Source of the DNA: Candidatus Bathyarchaeota archaeon
Lineage (GTDB): Archaea > Thermoproteota > Bathyarchaeia > Bathyarchaeales > Bathycorpusculaceae
Direction: 5' to 3'
Length of the DNA: 64,000 bases
NCBI GenBank assembly: GCA_963772455.1
Contig: CAVYXJ010000006.1
Coordinates: forward strand, 1 to 64,000
Below, in pieces: positions 30,602 through 42,852 of the stretch (the first letter of the stretch is position 1; each line of letters begins with the position of its first letter). Under the pieces are notes generated by a model, which was not told where the DNA came from, did no database searches, and was given only the letters and a program-made list of their open reading frames with translations. The translations under genes and the position numbers were made by a program.

Positions 30602-31043
30602 TACTGCTGATGCCAACCTTGTTTTCCTCTTAAATAGGCTTAATGATTAGTCCATACCCCTTTTAAGAATTACTATCGATTAGTATGTTGGCTTTATGGC
30701 GATTACCTAAATTTGGTACGGTACTTGTTTACTGTTTCTTATTCTTGACACTTTTCCTTTGGCGGAATTTGATATTCATTATTATAGTTCTTTAAAAACG
30801 AAAATCACGTTCAAAGAGTCACGTTTTTATTGAATTTTTTAAGTGGGCATATAAATCAAATTTTAGCTGTCTCCTTGCAGTTAGAGTTGTCGGGATGGAG
30901 AAAGGAATTTTGGTTTAGAAAAAATTTAGTACGAAAGTTAAAATTGGAAGCTTTTAAACTCTGCGTTTTAGCTTATAAGTTAAAACAATTTTTTATACCG
31001 TTGCTTACTCAGTGAAGTCAGAGATAACTTAGGAGAAATTATT

Positions 31044-31694
31044 TTGGTTAATCATTTCATAGATCGATGGACAAAAAAAGAGAGTGAGCCATCTATTGCA
31101 TCAAAAATTAAGAATGTTGCCAAGCCTCAGCAAGATTTGAAAGAGCAAATAGGCGCGGTAATTCAACGTTTAGATTTTCAGACTCAATCTTTGGATAGGG
31201 CAGTAAAACGTTTTGAGGTACGTGATGGAGATATCTTTCAACGTGTTGTTAAGGCAATGACTGAAAGAGATACTGCAAGAGCGAATATTCTTGCCACAGA
31301 ACTTGGGGAAATACGTAAAGTTGAAAAAATGTTGTCCCACGCTTCTCTTGCTCTGCAGAGCGTTTCAATGAGGCTTAGTACAGTTTCAGAAATGGGTGAC
31401 GTAGTTTCAGTTTTGAGTCCTGCAAAAAGCATGTTAAACAGCATTCGCTCAGAAATGTGCAGTGTTCTTCCAGAAGCAAGTCAAGAACTTGGAAACATCG
31501 GAAATCTACTCTCAGACATAGTTACTACGACTAACCAAGGAAATGATATTCCAGAGAATAATATAATGGCAAGTGCAGATGCAATGGCAATTCTAGAAGA
31601 AGCAGAGGTAGCTGCTGAGAAGAGGCTTGGTGAAAAGTTTCCTGAGATTGGTTCGGGAGCTGTTATGAATAGGCGAACGAGCATTGAAGTATAA
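31044..31694 (+). CDS. cdvB: ESCRT-III/CdvB paralogue
   Basis: ANILATELGEIRK, LALQSVSMRLSTVSEMGD, AILEEA. Confidence 0.85.
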   Translation: MVNHFIDRWTKKESEPSIASKIKNVAKPQQDLKEQIGAVIQRLDFQTQSLDRAVKRFEVRDGDIFQRVVKAMTERDTARANILATELGEIRKVEKMLSHASLALQSVSMRLSTVSEMGDVVSVLSPAKSMLNSIRSEMCSVLPEASQELGNIGNLLSDIVTTTNQGNDIPENNIMASADAMAILEEAEVAAEKRLGEKFPEIGSGAVMNRRTSIEV

Positions 31695-31798
31695 TGCTTG
31701 ACACCATATTTGAGAATCTGAATAGGTGTTAACGTTTCCAGAAAAATTATAGCACTCACTAAGTGAGAGGTCCTCCCTTTTTAGATCAAATTGTCTAC

Positions 31799-32920
31799 CT
31801 ACGCAACTTGAAGCATGCTGATCAATATTGATGTTAGCTTTCCGAGAAGAAAAGTCAATCCAGACAAGAATAAGCCTGCTATAATTAACTCTATTACTTT
31901 CTTTTTTACGTCAATTTGAGCTACAACTGCAGCCAATGAACCTATTATCGAAAGCAAAATTACAGTGATTATCACCGAAGCTAAAATCGAAAAATCTATC
32001 GAATAACCAAGTAGAAACGGCAATAAAGGTAAGATTGTTCCAATAGTTTTGAACAAACCGTATTGAAGTGCATTTATGAATGGGTCACCCAAAGTTTTCT
32101 CTCCAATTCCATATTCTTCCTCAGCAATTATTCGATCAAGCATGTTTTTTTTAAGAGCTTCAAGTGCAATTGACTTAGCAATTTCTGGATCGTAATTCTT
32201 GTTCTTCATGTACTTTTCAATTCTTTTTTGATAAGCTTCGGGTGCGCACTCGCAAGTCAACTTTATGCGTTTAAGAATGTCTTCTTTGAGCCGTTTTTCG
32301 GTTCTTGTGAAAAAGTAGGAACCTACAACTGTACTCAAGGTTGCAGCAACCCCAACTATTAGACCTGCTACGCCGATAAAAATAGAATTTGCATAGACTC
32401 CTGAAAGACCAATGGCTGTAGAAAGCACAATAACTAAACCATCACTTGTCTGAGAGAAAATGGGTCCTATTTTATTTATGAAAACCTTGTATTTGCCAGA
32501 GTACTCAACAAATTCTTGTTCATGTGCCAGTTCATCCAACAAGAAAATCTTAACGTTCTTTTTTTCAGTTGGAGAAAGCAAATCAGACTTAGATACTTTC
32601 AGAAAAATCTCAATGACTCTGCGTTCCCCAGACTCTAAAAGCTTCAAGGTTAATCCTAATCCGAGTAAACCGTAAATGAAAGCAAGAAAAGAAACCTGAA
32701 ATTGACTTACCTTTACATTGTTAGGGTCGATTTTTCTATCAAGTAAGAAATTTCTCCAAAAAGCAGAGTGCCCTTTCTCTACCTCAGAAAACTCTAGTAA
32801 CTTTTTTGAAATATCATCTTTACGGAACTTTTCGGCAAGCTTTAGATAAATGAATGCTACTGTAAGCTCTGTTTTTAGTCCTCTTTTAGCGATATTAATG
32901 ACGTCGGACTCAGAAATCAT
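31799..32920 (-). CDS. Ferritin-like + VIT1/CCC1 iron transporter
   Basis: EKGH and DELAHE diiron motifs, then a DGLV TM region. Confidence 0.85.
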   Translation of the reverse strand: MISESDVINIAKRGLKTELTVAFIYLKLAEKFRKDDISKKLLEFSEVEKGHSAFWRNFLLDRKIDPNNVKVSQFQVSFLAFIYGLLGLGLTLKLLESGERRVIEIFLKVSKSDLLSPTEKKNVKIFLLDELAHEQEFVEYSGKYKVFINKIGPIFSQTSDGLVIVLSTAIGLSGVYANSIFIGVAGLIVGVAATLSTVVGSYFFTRTEKRLKEDILKRIKLTCECAPEAYQKRIEKYMKNKNYDPEIAKSIALEALKKNMLDRIIAEEEYGIGEKTLGDPFINALQYGLFKTIGTILPLLPFLLGYSIDFSILASVIITVILLSIIGSLAAVVAQIDVKKKVIELIIAGLFLSGLTFLLGKLTSILISMLQVA

Positions 32921-33114
32921 AAGTTTAACATCTGCTTTATCATGCCATTAAAAGATATGTGACTTCACGATGCAACTACATTTTAGAAGATTGTATTCAA
33001 GTGACTGAGTCTTGGCCGTCTATAGTCTAATTAATTTAGTTTGTGACCCGAATCAGAACCAACAACTCCTTATATCATCGAAAGCAACAATTTTTTTGTA
33101 TTCTGGTGGATTAA

Positions 33115-33642
33115 ATGAAAAAAATGTTAATTTTGCTGGAAAATGGTGTTGAAGATTCTGAGTTCATTTATCCTTATTATCGTTTTCAGGAAGCAGGTTA
33201 CAAAATGGATATTGTTGCACCAAAAGCAAAAAAGGAATATATTGGAAAACGCGGAGGAACATTCATCTCGGAATTTTCGCCCAATGAAATTGAGTTGGAT
33301 CTTTACGATGCGGTTATTATTCCTGGTGGACAAGCGCCAGACAAAATGAGAATTCATCAAGATATGGTAGATATAATAAAGTCGGCAAATGGCAAAGGAA
33401 AAGTTATTGCTGCAATTTGTCATGGACCGCAGATGCTCATTGAGGCTGATATTGTTAAAGGGAAACTGGTTACAAGTTGGCCTTCTGTTAGAACGGATTT
33501 GAAAAATTCAGGAGCAAGAGTTGTTGACGAAGCTTCTGTTGTTGATGGAAACATTGTGACTTCTCGTTCTCCTAGTGACTTGCCAGAATTTTGTAGATCA
33601 GTGTTAAATCTTTTGGCTACTTGGCGCGACAATTCGGCATAA
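33115..33642 (+). CDS. pfpI: PfpI/DJ-1 family protease/deglycase
   Basis: EDSE, IPGG, AAICHGP, VDGNIVTSR. Confidence 0.92.
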   Translation: MKKMLILLENGVEDSEFIYPYYRFQEAGYKMDIVAPKAKKEYIGKRGGTFISEFSPNEIELDLYDAVIIPGGQAPDKMRIHQDMVDIIKSANGKGKVIAAICHGPQMLIEADIVKGKLVTSWPSVRTDLKNSGARVVDEASVVDGNIVTSRSPSDLPEFCRSVLNLLATWRDNSA

Positions 33643-34004
33643 TAAAATTCAAGTGTCATGCGGAGCTTCACATGTTGGAAGGACAAACGCATGCTGTTGC
33701 TTCTGAAGTTATTGCTCCAGTGTTAATTGAATTTTTTAAAAAATAAAGTATCTATTTTCTTTTTGTTGATCGTTCTTTTTTCGCCTGGGAAACCTATACT
33801 TCTTCGATAATATAGGATTTCCCAAGACGTTGCCGTCTGGGTAACTCTGAGCTTTCATCCAAATTAATGTCAAGCTAATGCCTTCTCATCATTCGGCAAC
33901 ACAATAATTACGTCAGAAAGATAAAAGGATTGATACATCAAAGAAAAATTGTCAGGGAACACTTTTATTTTTCGAAACAGATAATCAATGCAGGAGTTTA
34001 GAAA

Positions 34005-34578
34005 ATGGATTTTGTTGGAAGTCAAACCGAAAAGAATCTTTTAGCAGCGTTTGCAGGAGAATCCCAAGCGCGCAATAGATACACATTCTTTGCTAGTGTC
34101 GCAAAAAAAGCCGGGTATGAACAAATTGGAGCGATTTTTGAAGAAACAGCAGGCAACGAGAAAGAGCATGCCGAACTATTCCTTAAGCATCTCAAAGGCG
34201 GAATGGTTGAAATAAAAGCTTCGTATCCAGCAGGCTTAATCGCGTCAACTGCTGATCATCTTAAAGCTGCAGCTGAAGGAGAAAAGTTTGAGTGGGGAAC
34301 ACTCTACCCGAATTTTGGAGATATCGCGGAGAAAGAGGGTTTTCCAGAAGTTGCTCGAACATTCCGAATGATTGCAAACGTTGAAGTCTACCACGAGCGC
34401 AGGTACAACAAATTACTTGAAAGTCTTCAACAAGGCAAAGTATTTAAAAAAGACGCACCGGTGAAATGGAAATGCAGAAACTGCGGCTTAGTCATCGAAG
34501 GATCAAATGCACCCGATATGTGCCCAACTTGTCAGCATCCCAAATCATACTTTGAAGTTTCGGGTGGAAAACTACTAA
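34005..34578 (+). CDS. rbr: Rubrerythrin (frameshift in last codons)
   Basis: AFAGESQARNRY, EKEHA, WKCRNCG, CPTC. An extra base near 34561 disrupts the VENY* ending. Confidence 0.92.
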
Positions 34579-34675
34579 CAAACACACTTTTTTCTTTGTT
34601 TTATTTTCCAATTGGCAAAATTACTGAGATTTAAGTTCTCTTATTGCAAAAAATTACTTTTTGGTTTTTTCTTTT

Positions 34676-34939
34676 TCATATTCCTTTACCATTTGCTTTA
34701 GCTTCTTTTTCCAATTCTAATTCATATGCATGTTCATTGACCATTGGCGGCATTTCATCTTTCTTAACTAAATCATTAGGTTGTACAATACGTCTTTCAC
34801 CCGTTTTGACGGGGACTTTTTCTCCTTCAATGCAATCTTTAAAATCTTCCAATGCTTCAACAATCCAGTATCCTTCACTTTCTGTAACAACCTTAACTTT
34901 GTATAATCCTTTATAGTAAAATTGGCTCATTAAAACCAC
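34676..34939 (-). CDS. Hypothetical protein
   Basis: ORF only. Confidence 0.6.
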   Translation of the reverse strand: MVLMSQFYYKGLYKVKVVTESEGYWIVEALEDFKDCIEGEKVPVKTGERRIVQPNDLVKKDEMPPMVNEHAYELELEKEAKANGKGI

Positions 34940-35028
34940 ACATATAGTTTGGTTTTTAAGTAAATAACTTTTACTTGAAGTTGAAATATTAAATCTTGCC
35001 TTCTATTTCTACAACAAGTCAGAAGGAT

Positions 35029-36781
35029 TTAATTGCGGTTGTCAACTATGTTCTTTTTTTCTTTGAATTCAGTTTTTTTGCAGACATCAGAAATTAGCGC
35101 GGATGGCTGGGGGTATTGTGAAGATACTGAAAACCCTAGTGTATTTGGGTTCTCCAGCTTTCCTTACATTCATCAGATTTCCTCCTCCATTCAAATATCC
35201 TTCAACGAAAGCTTTGGCTACTGCTTCTGCCTTACTATTGGTATAATATGGTTCAAGATAGTGTCCAGTGTAGTAGAGAAAGACTGCTACATCCCATGCT
35301 TTGTCTCCTTCTTTAGTTGCTTGTTCAAAATCTATTAGGAAAATAGTGCCATCGGGTTTTACGAGAACATTATCAGGTTTTGTGTCTCCTAAAGCGACGT
35401 TGTATGAGTGAACTTTTGCAAATACCTCGCCCACTTTGCCAACGGTATTGAGGACGGTTTGGATTGTCGAGGGGTCAGTCGATGTTGCTATTCGTTTGAT
35501 GGCTTCGGATAGATTTTCGCCTTCTATATATTCCATGAAGACTAATACGTTCAGCGTTGCTAACGTGCAAAATCTTGGGAACATTAATACCTTCATTGTG
35601 CAGAAATTCGTTGATTGCATATTCTCTGGCTAGACGTGCTTGACCAGCTACTGAAAAAGATCTGGCTCCAAAAGACCACAATGTTAAGGGGAACCATTTC
35701 AAGCCCGACCAATCTTTAAAGCGTTTAGCCAAAAATTTGGTTTCTCCTTGTGTGACTATGTGTTTTAATTAAGTAAACGTCATTTAACATTCCGCCGATG
35801 GGTTCTACTTCTATGTTAACGTTCTCTTCTTTGAGTAACATTTTCTTTGCAAATCCTTTGATGTCAATTCTATCGGAAAGTGAAACCAATCCTTCTGAAG
35901 TTGGAAAGAAAATGTATTTTTGTGGGTCAATGAATTGGAATGTTGGGTTGGTGGGCTTTAACCAGTTGATCTTTTGGGTTCTTAGAAAGACTTCTGTGTT
36001 TTGTGATACAATGTTCATTAATTGGGGTAGAACACCGAAAATGGCCGTGAAGAGCGTTCGCGGCATATTTTTTGATAAGTTAATTATTTTGAGTCGTGGA
36101 TCTTGACATTTAGAAATAAATTTTTTTGTGATTGCATAAGTAACCATTTTGGTTGCTGATTATTTCTTCTATCTCAAGTTGTTTTAGAGCTTCGTTGTAA
36201 CTGGCTAATTCGTTTTCTTCGTTTTGTTGAAGGTTACTTGTCAAGTTAGCAACGTCGTAAGCCTTTAAGGGAAAAACTCGAATACGATTAGAAAACACCT
36301 CATACATGAAGTATTGAGGCTTAATCTGAATAAGTTTTACAAGCTCGGGAAAATTTACAACTAGATTCTCAAGCAGCTCAAGAATCAAACGTTTCTTTAA
36401 GGAAACTTCTTTTTCACGCAGGTAATCTTTTCCTAATAGTGGTAAGTGAGGGAAAGACAAGTTTACTTGCAATTGCTTCACCCAAAAATCCTCTATCTAT
36501 ATCTCTTTCAAAAATCCATTGATCCACTGCGAAAACAAAAATTGTCTTGTTGTTGACTGTTTTTAGTAACTCATTAGTCTGGGTTGGAAATCGTGTATAA
36601 CGAGCATTACTTCCTGAATTATTCTTTGGTTTGATGTTTTCATTGAGTAGTTGTCTACTAGGGCTATTGCAGCGATTTTTGAAGTACCGGCAATGTGTTT
36701 GCAGAACTCTATAGAGTTTGGCGAGTCATCTCGTAGGCTTCGTTGGTTTGCTTGCGTCAACCTTTCACCCTGAGCGTTCAC
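35029..36781 (-). CDS. Protein with C-terminal Bud32/Kdo-like kinase domain (several frameshifts)
   Basis: Five consecutive pieces; MEYIEG, GDTKPDN, LIDFEQA. Confidence 0.75.
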
Positions 36782-36895
36782 ATAGCAATTGGGCTTAGAG
36801 GTATTTAAAAGAGGTTTTATTCTTCCTATGGAAAAGACCGGATGTTTGAAAAATCAATTACAAAGTAAATTTGCTGGCAAGCTCTAAGAGACTTG

Positions 36896-37305
36896 TCAGT
36901 TTATGGTACTTGTAATGCTAATTTGTTTCTGTTTTTTGTGGTAATCGTGCCCATTGTTGGTTGATGTTATCTCTTGAGTGTTGCTTGTTATTTTGTTGCG
37001 GATTATGTTCAGTGAGTCTTCTGTGTAGTTTAACATGTTTTGTCCGTTTGTTGTTAGGTTGTAGACTTTTCTGGTCGTTCAAAATCTGTATTCCAGTTGC
37101 TGTCTATGAAGCCCTTTTTTTCAAGGGTGCCCAGAAGTGGGTATATGGTGCTTGGTCCGAAATATACGCCGAAGTTTTTTCGGATTTTGGTTATTACTTC
37201 GTATCCATGCATGGGTTTGTTGTTTAGTAATTGTAGGATTATTAGATCTAGTAGACCTTTCATTAGTTTGGCTGCAACTTCTTTTTGTGAATTTCCTGTG
37301 AACAT
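36896..37305 (-). CDS. PadR-family regulator (frameshifted)
   Basis: MHGYEVI, STIYPLL, LEKKG. Confidence 0.85.
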
Positions 37306-37543
37306 TTCTTTCTCCTCGACTTGTATTTTTGTAGAACAGTTTTTCTGTTATACGTGTATACAATATGTCCTTATTCGGACATATCTTGATTACTTAGTTA
37401 CTGTAAACCTCGATATAAATCCTAATACATAACATAAGCATACCAAGACATATTACTGCACAGAATAAGCTTGGAAACTAATAATAACCTAAATAAATTT
37501 AAACATCAAACCATAAACAGACACCCGAAAACAAGGAAAATAC

Positions 37544-37864
37544 ATGTCAGAAACCTACAAGAAAGAAATTGTACAACACATAATCAGAAACTTATTAGGC
37601 ATTCAACTTTTACGAATTATACACGCCCAGCCGACATGGGGATACAAAATCAAAAAGCAAGTCGAAGCGGATTTCAACGTAAAACTTCGGCATGGCGCTC
37701 TCTACCCAACGCTAAATAGTCTTGAAGAGAAAGGTTTTGTTGAGAGCAGTAAACAGCAAAAAGACGGTCGCGCCAGAAAAGTGTATGCTATAACTGAAAA
37801 TGGCAAAATGTATCTTCAAACTTACTACAGTATTCTTCGAGGGCAACTTGAAAGTAGCAAATAA
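37544..37864 (+). CDS. PadR-family regulator, divergent from the previous one
   Basis: WGYKI, GALYPTL, RKVYAITENG. Confidence 0.9.
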   Translation: MSETYKKEIVQHIIRNLLGIQLLRIIHAQPTWGYKIKKQVEADFNVKLRHGALYPTLNSLEEKGFVESSKQQKDGRARKVYAITENGKMYLQTYYSILRGQLESSK

Positions 37865-37979
37865 CCAACTAATTAGAAATCTCAATATTTTAGCCATTTT
37901 ATGGACGAGATGTAACGCTTTTGTGAATGAACAAAAAAGCTTTTATCCTAATAACAATGACAGAAATTGAGGAAATAAA

Positions 37980-38631
37980 ATGACTTTAGAATCAAGCAAA
38001 ATATTAGGCGGCATCGGCGCAATACTAATGTTCGTAGGTAGTTTTTCCAACAATTAATTATTTAGGCATAGTCGAAATTATAGGCGTAATACTACTTTTG
38101 GTTGCATTGCATAATCTTTCTACCATTTACGGGGAAAGAAGCATATTTAGAAATGCCATTTATGGTGTAGCAGTTGCAGTTGTAGGAGCCATTATCATAG
38201 GTGTACTTACGTTTGCAGTAGTTCTGTCAAACCTTAAGGATTTAATAACCCAACTTTATCCAGGCTGGAATGGTGATTGGTCAACACTTCAGGGCATGAC
38301 CCCAAACACAACCAACATTGACCCAACAGGCATCTTTCCACTTCTAGGAGGGTTACTTGTTGTTTTGGTAATTGCTTGGGTTTTAGCCATAATCGCCTCG
38401 TTCTTCATATATCGCTCATTAAAACAAGTTTCAAATAAATCTAATGTAGGCTTATTCGGGACTGCTGGACTGATACTTCTAATAGGCGCCGTAATTCCGG
38501 GAATTGGGTTAATTCTTATGTGGGTGTCTGCGTTAATACTGGCAATTGCATTCTTCACACTTAAAACTCAAGAACCAGCAACGGCAGCCCCTACTACTCC
38601 ACCCCCACCAACATATTTAAAGACAAACTAA
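37980..38631 (+). CDS. DUF996 membrane protein (5' frameshift)
   Basis: Starts MTLESSKILGGIGAIL; IFRNAIYG and LFGTAG. Confidence 0.8.
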
Positions 38632-38813
38632 ATCCTTTATTATTTTTTTTATTTTTAAAGAAGAATACTTTATTTTAGAAACAAAAATGATTATAATTAA
38701 AGAACGTTTCAGGTATTATTTCAAGGTCCAGAGCAATTTAGTATTGCTTTGAATAGTTTAGTTTTATAAGTAGTGTTCTCTATTTCTTTTGTAGGAATAA
38801 GCAATTTTTTAGG

Positions 38814-40296
38814 ATGATTAAAATGAGTAACTCAAATAATTTTGAAATTGCTGGGTTGCCTTTTGAAGTTATTATTTATAATCTGCCTGTCGGAATGACT
38901 ATTATTGAAAAGTCAAGTGGTAGAGTTGTCTTTGCAAATAAGGTGGCAGTGGATCTCTATGGGGTTAATCCAATTGGTTTACATGCACCAGGACCCTTCA
39001 AGTTTCTCAAGCTTAATGGAGAAGTTTTTCCTATCCAAGAGCTATCCGCTAGTCGTGCCTTGATTGATGGTGAAACGGTTCGCAATCAAGATTTGATAAT
39101 TGAACAGCCAAATCTAAAAAGGATAATTATAACCGATACAGCAATTCCCATAAAGAAAAATGGTGACGAGATCGTTGGTGCTCTGGTAATATTTGAAGAT
39201 ATTACAGAACGTAAACGTATGCAAGAAAAACTTGAGGAATATGCAACTACCTTAGAAAAGCTTCTCGATGAGCGGACAAAGAAAATTTCGGAAAATGAAC
39301 AAGACTATAAGGAGTTGTATGAGAGTTTTGGAGAAGCTTTTATTGCAACAGATTGGGAATTCAATGTTATACATTGGAACAAAGCTGCGGAAAGAGTTAC
39401 AACTGTAAAAGCAAGTGATGCTTTGGGGAAGAAAGTTTACAACGTTTTGCCTGAAATGATGAATGTTGATGTTACTCCTTATTTTGAAGCCTTATCGAAA
39501 AATAAGCCAGCGCGTTTTATGATGAATACGGTAAGTAGAGAAACTCATCAACCCTCGGTTTTTGAGATTTCAACTTACCCTTCAACTAAGGGAATTATTA
39601 TCATAGTTGAAGATAAGACTGAAGAAGAATTAAACAAACGTTTGTCAGCTATTGGTCAGACTGCAGGGATGATTGGACATGATATACGTAATCCACTTCA
39701 GGCTATTCTTAGCGATATTTACCTATTGAAGACCGATTTAGCTAACATGCCCAAATGCAGTACAAAGGACGGAGTTGTTGAGAGTTTAGTAAGTATGGAA
39801 AAGAACATTGAATATATTAACAAAATTGTTGCAGACCTTCAGGATTACTCCCGACCGCTAAATCCCTAATTTTCAAGTTACAGATTTATCGCTACTTCTT
39901 TCTACTGTTCTAAAAACAATTAGCATTCCAGACAACATAAAAGTTTCAATAGATAACAAGATTATCAAAAGGGTTAAGACTGATGCTGAATTCCTCCAAA
40001 GAGCATTGACTAACTTAGTTGTCAACGCGGTTCAAGCTATGCCGGAAGGGGGACAATTGAGTCTCAGATTCAAAGTAGTCGGTAATAAAGTATCAATTTC
40101 GGTTGAAGATACCGGGATTGGTATTCCTGAAGAAATTAAACTTAAGATATTTGTTCCTATGGTGACGTCGAAAGCTAAAGGTCAGGGTCTTGGTTTAGCC
40201 GTAGTTAAGCGTTTAGTTGAAAAATTGAATGGAACCATTTCTTTCATAAGTGAAGAAGGTAAAGGAACAAAATTTACTATAGAACTTCCTTCATAG
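38814..40296 (+). CDS. PAS-PAS sensor histidine kinase (frameshift near 39866)
   Basis: GHDIRNPL H-box, NAVQAM, DTGIGI, GQGLGL. Confidence 0.92.
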
Positions 40297-40542
40297 TTTT
40301 TTTGTTTTTTTCAAATCTGTTATGCTTTTTGGTATTTCCAGTTAAGAGTATTTTGATATTTTCTTATTTCGTAATAGCTTAGAGACCGATTATTATTGAG
40401 TATATAGCTACTACGCCTTTCTGTGAAAGGATTGTCAAAGATTGTTAACCTCTGATTAGTTTTTTATATTTTGAAAATATAAATATTTTTCAGACATCTC
40501 GAGATATAATCATAAAATAGATTTTGTAAAAGAACAGATTAC

Positions 40543-41238
40543 TTAGATATGAGGAGGGCTACTTTCAATTGTTTTTTTTGGGCATTTTTTTCGTGCCATA
40601 ACCATTATTGAAATAACTATTGACACTGCTAATATTACAGTTGCTAAAGACATCTGATAAGACACTGTTGAGTTTTGCACCTCAGACTGAGGACTCCACA
40701 TGTTAGTAGCATTTGCATTGAACATAACAACGAAGCTTGTAGTGTTTTCCAGAGAGTAAACGAAAAAGCCTGTATTTTTATCCCACTCCTTGTAGACTTT
40801 TCCTGGGTCGCTTGCATGTGTTACAGTTCGACTTGAACCTAACAATGTTTTTTGCTCTTCTCCCTCAATAGTTATATTAGTTTTCTTTGAAGCATCAAAA
40901 AATTTATCTCCCATGCCAAGGTTTGCAGGAATGATTACCCAACCATAAATTTGGCCTTCAGTTAAATCAAAGGACCAAATAGAACTTGAGAAGATACCAT
41001 TTACTGACAAGGAAGTCTTGTTTACTTGGAACGATGCACCATTAACCTCCAAAATTTCAGTTCTATACCATGTAAGATTCCGTAATGGATCCAAAGGAGG
41101 TCCCGTCATTCTAATGTTATATTCAATCCAATCACCTTTTTTGACACCAACGGAAAACTCGCCGTAAGTAAAAGTGGGTAAAGCCATGACTGAAACAAAA
41201 ACAATACTTACGAAAACTAAAGCAGAAAATGTTTTCAA
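40543..41238 (-). CDS. Secreted, C-terminally anchored protein (VGVKxGDWIEY type)
   Basis: Signal peptide, VGVKKGDWIEY, WDKNTG, C-terminal TM helix. Confidence 0.8.
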   Translation of the reverse strand: MKTFSALVFVSIVFVSVMALPTFTYGEFSVGVKKGDWIEYNIRMTGPPLDPLRNLTWYRTEILEVNGASFQVNKTSLSVNGIFSSSIWSFDLTEGQIYGWVIIPANLGMGDKFFDASKKTNITIEGEEQKTLLGSSRTVTHASDPGKVYKEWDKNTGFFVYSLENTTSFVVMFNANATNMWSPQSEVQNSTVSYQMSLATVILAVSIVISIMVMARKKCPKKTIESSPPHI

Positions 41239-41443
41239 GTTCCATCGACTACTGCAGGGACTTGCAGCTTTAAAGGGATTTTCGTAAAGAAACCTTGACT
41301 GATTAATTCGATGGTTCCGAAATGTTTAGTATAATTTTATTTACTAAATTTTCAGGTCGCCGTGTTCTTAAGTCTTAGAGCACAGTTAGTTTGATGGCTA
41401 ACTCTATTCGATTGTTCATTTTTTTTTCTTCATCTCAGCGAAA

Positions 41444-41508
41444 GCCCTTTAGAGACTGGGATGAGCCAGATTCGTTGGGGAATGTTGTCGCCGTCCCAGC
41501 TTTAGGGC
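41444..41508 (+). repeat. Hairpin repeat D, copy 1
   Basis: TTCGTTGGGGAATGTTGTCGCCGTCCCAG is nearly identical to 42824-42852; stem CTGGGATG/CGTCCCAG. Confidence 0.75.
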
Positions 41509-41576
41509 AAAGTAATTTTCAGGGTCTAAATTACTAATGAATTGCTCTAGTTATAAGATTTTTCAATATCTACACT

Positions 41577-41996
41577 TTGTTTGCTTACAATAATAAAACG
41601 TTAGTTTTATATTTTCAAATGAAATACAAGGAGACATGGAAAATAGGATCTGTAATCCTACAAACTAAAGATGGCATTAAGCTTACAACTGAACAATTTA
41701 TCTATCAGGGTAAATCATACCCTATCAAAACTATGAAACGGGCATGTTTAAAGGAAGGTAACTATAAGAACGCTGACAAACTCCAAATCGAATTTAGAGA
41801 TGGAAGAATTGAAGAATTTTTTCTAAAACCTACAGTTACAGTCAAAGAGGTATTAGCTGACCGCCTTGCAACTTTCAAACTTACTCCGATGAGTCTTATG
41901 CAACGAAAAATGACTGCCCAAATATTAGAATGGGCAGCCAGCATAAACGACCTAATCAACAAAGCTAGCACCGATTCAGTCTCCAGTGTTCTCTAA
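41577..41996 (+). CDS. Hypothetical protein, possibly PH-like fold
   Basis: Beta-rich with terminal helix ILEWAASINDLI. Confidence 0.55.
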   Translation: MFAYNNKTLVLYFQMKYKETWKIGSVILQTKDGIKLTTEQFIYQGKSYPIKTMKRACLKEGNYKNADKLQIEFRDGRIEEFFLKPTVTVKEVLADRLATFKLTPMSLMQRKMTAQILEWAASINDLINKASTDSVSSVL

Positions 41997-42107
41997 GATA
42001 AAGGTAATGTGTTTAGTCGGCGGCAACCCTTGAGGTTGTTCGCTTCCAACCTTTCTTTCTTAGTAAGAAGCGAACATTTCCTTCTTTTACAATTAAGAAT
42101 TAGTAGT

Positions 42108-42176
42108 GCAAAAACAGATTCCTTAGTGCGAGGAGGTGTCTTTAGGGGTTGTACTCGCTACCTGAGTGTTTTTGCT
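42108..42176 (+). repeat. Hairpin E, related to 42756-42792
   Basis: Outer stem GCAAAAACA/TGTTTTTGC; TGCGAGG...TCGCTACC is shared with 42758-42792. Confidence 0.6.
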
Positions 42177-42190
42177 TGTAAGGGCAACCT

Positions 42191-42643
42191 TTACCATTTT
42201 TCTGGGCTTTGATATCTGAAAATGGGCGAATTCTTTTTTGCTTTTTCAACTTCATTAAACATATGGAAATATTCATTTTGCTTCTCTTTGATTAGTTTCT
42301 CAATAATTTCAACTAATTTTTTAGGTTCAAAAGGCTTTATAATGTATCCATCAGCTTTTTCATTTACGGATATTGCAGCATTTTCAATTGAAGGTTGCCC
42401 TGTTATTATTATCTTAATCATTTTTGGTTGAATTTCCTTCAATATGTGAAGTAAGTCTGTCCCTTTTACGTCGGGCAGATTAACATCGATAAGAGCAACA
42501 TCAAATGGGGTTTTTTTGCAGAGGTCGATGGCTTTTTTACCATTTTCTACAGTGTAAACTGAATAACCTTCATTTTCCAGAATAAAGGAAAGTGTTTTTC
42601 TTATTTCCTGGTTATCGTCAACTATTAGTGTTTGAACAAACAA
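42191..42643 (-). CDS. Single-domain response regulator
   Basis: LIVDD, LIDVNLPD, ITG, IIKP. Confidence 0.92.
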   Translation of the reverse strand: MFVQTLIVDDNQEIRKTLSFILENEGYSVYTVENGKKAIDLCKKTPFDVALIDVNLPDVKGTDLLHILKEIQPKMIKIIITGQPSIENAAISVNEKADGYIIKPFEPKKLVEIIEKLIKEKQNEYFHMFNEVEKAKKNSPIFRYQSPEKW

Positions 42644-42755
42644 GAATTATTGCTCCTGAATTTTTTTAGTGCTCCAACCCAAAAGTTATACTAAAAGGAA
42701 TATTTGCCTTGTGAATTGGAAATATGAATTACTTATTTTGAAAACAGAGTTCTTA

Positions 42756-42852
42756 ATGCGAGGGGGGTCAAGGAATATGTGTGTTCGCTACCCTAAAGCT
42801 TTACATTTCGGGTCGGCGTTTTTTCGTTGGGGGATGATGTCGCCGTCCCAGT
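42756..42852 (+). repeat. Composite element: hairpin E-like + hairpin D copy 2
   Basis: TGCGAGG...TTCGCTACC followed by a GGGTCGGCG...CGCCGTCCC stem. Confidence 0.7.

Noticed and set aside
30602-31043. Replication origin in the AT-rich gap before cdvB
   Set aside because: No ORB-like repeats and no adjacent cdc6/orc1 gene.
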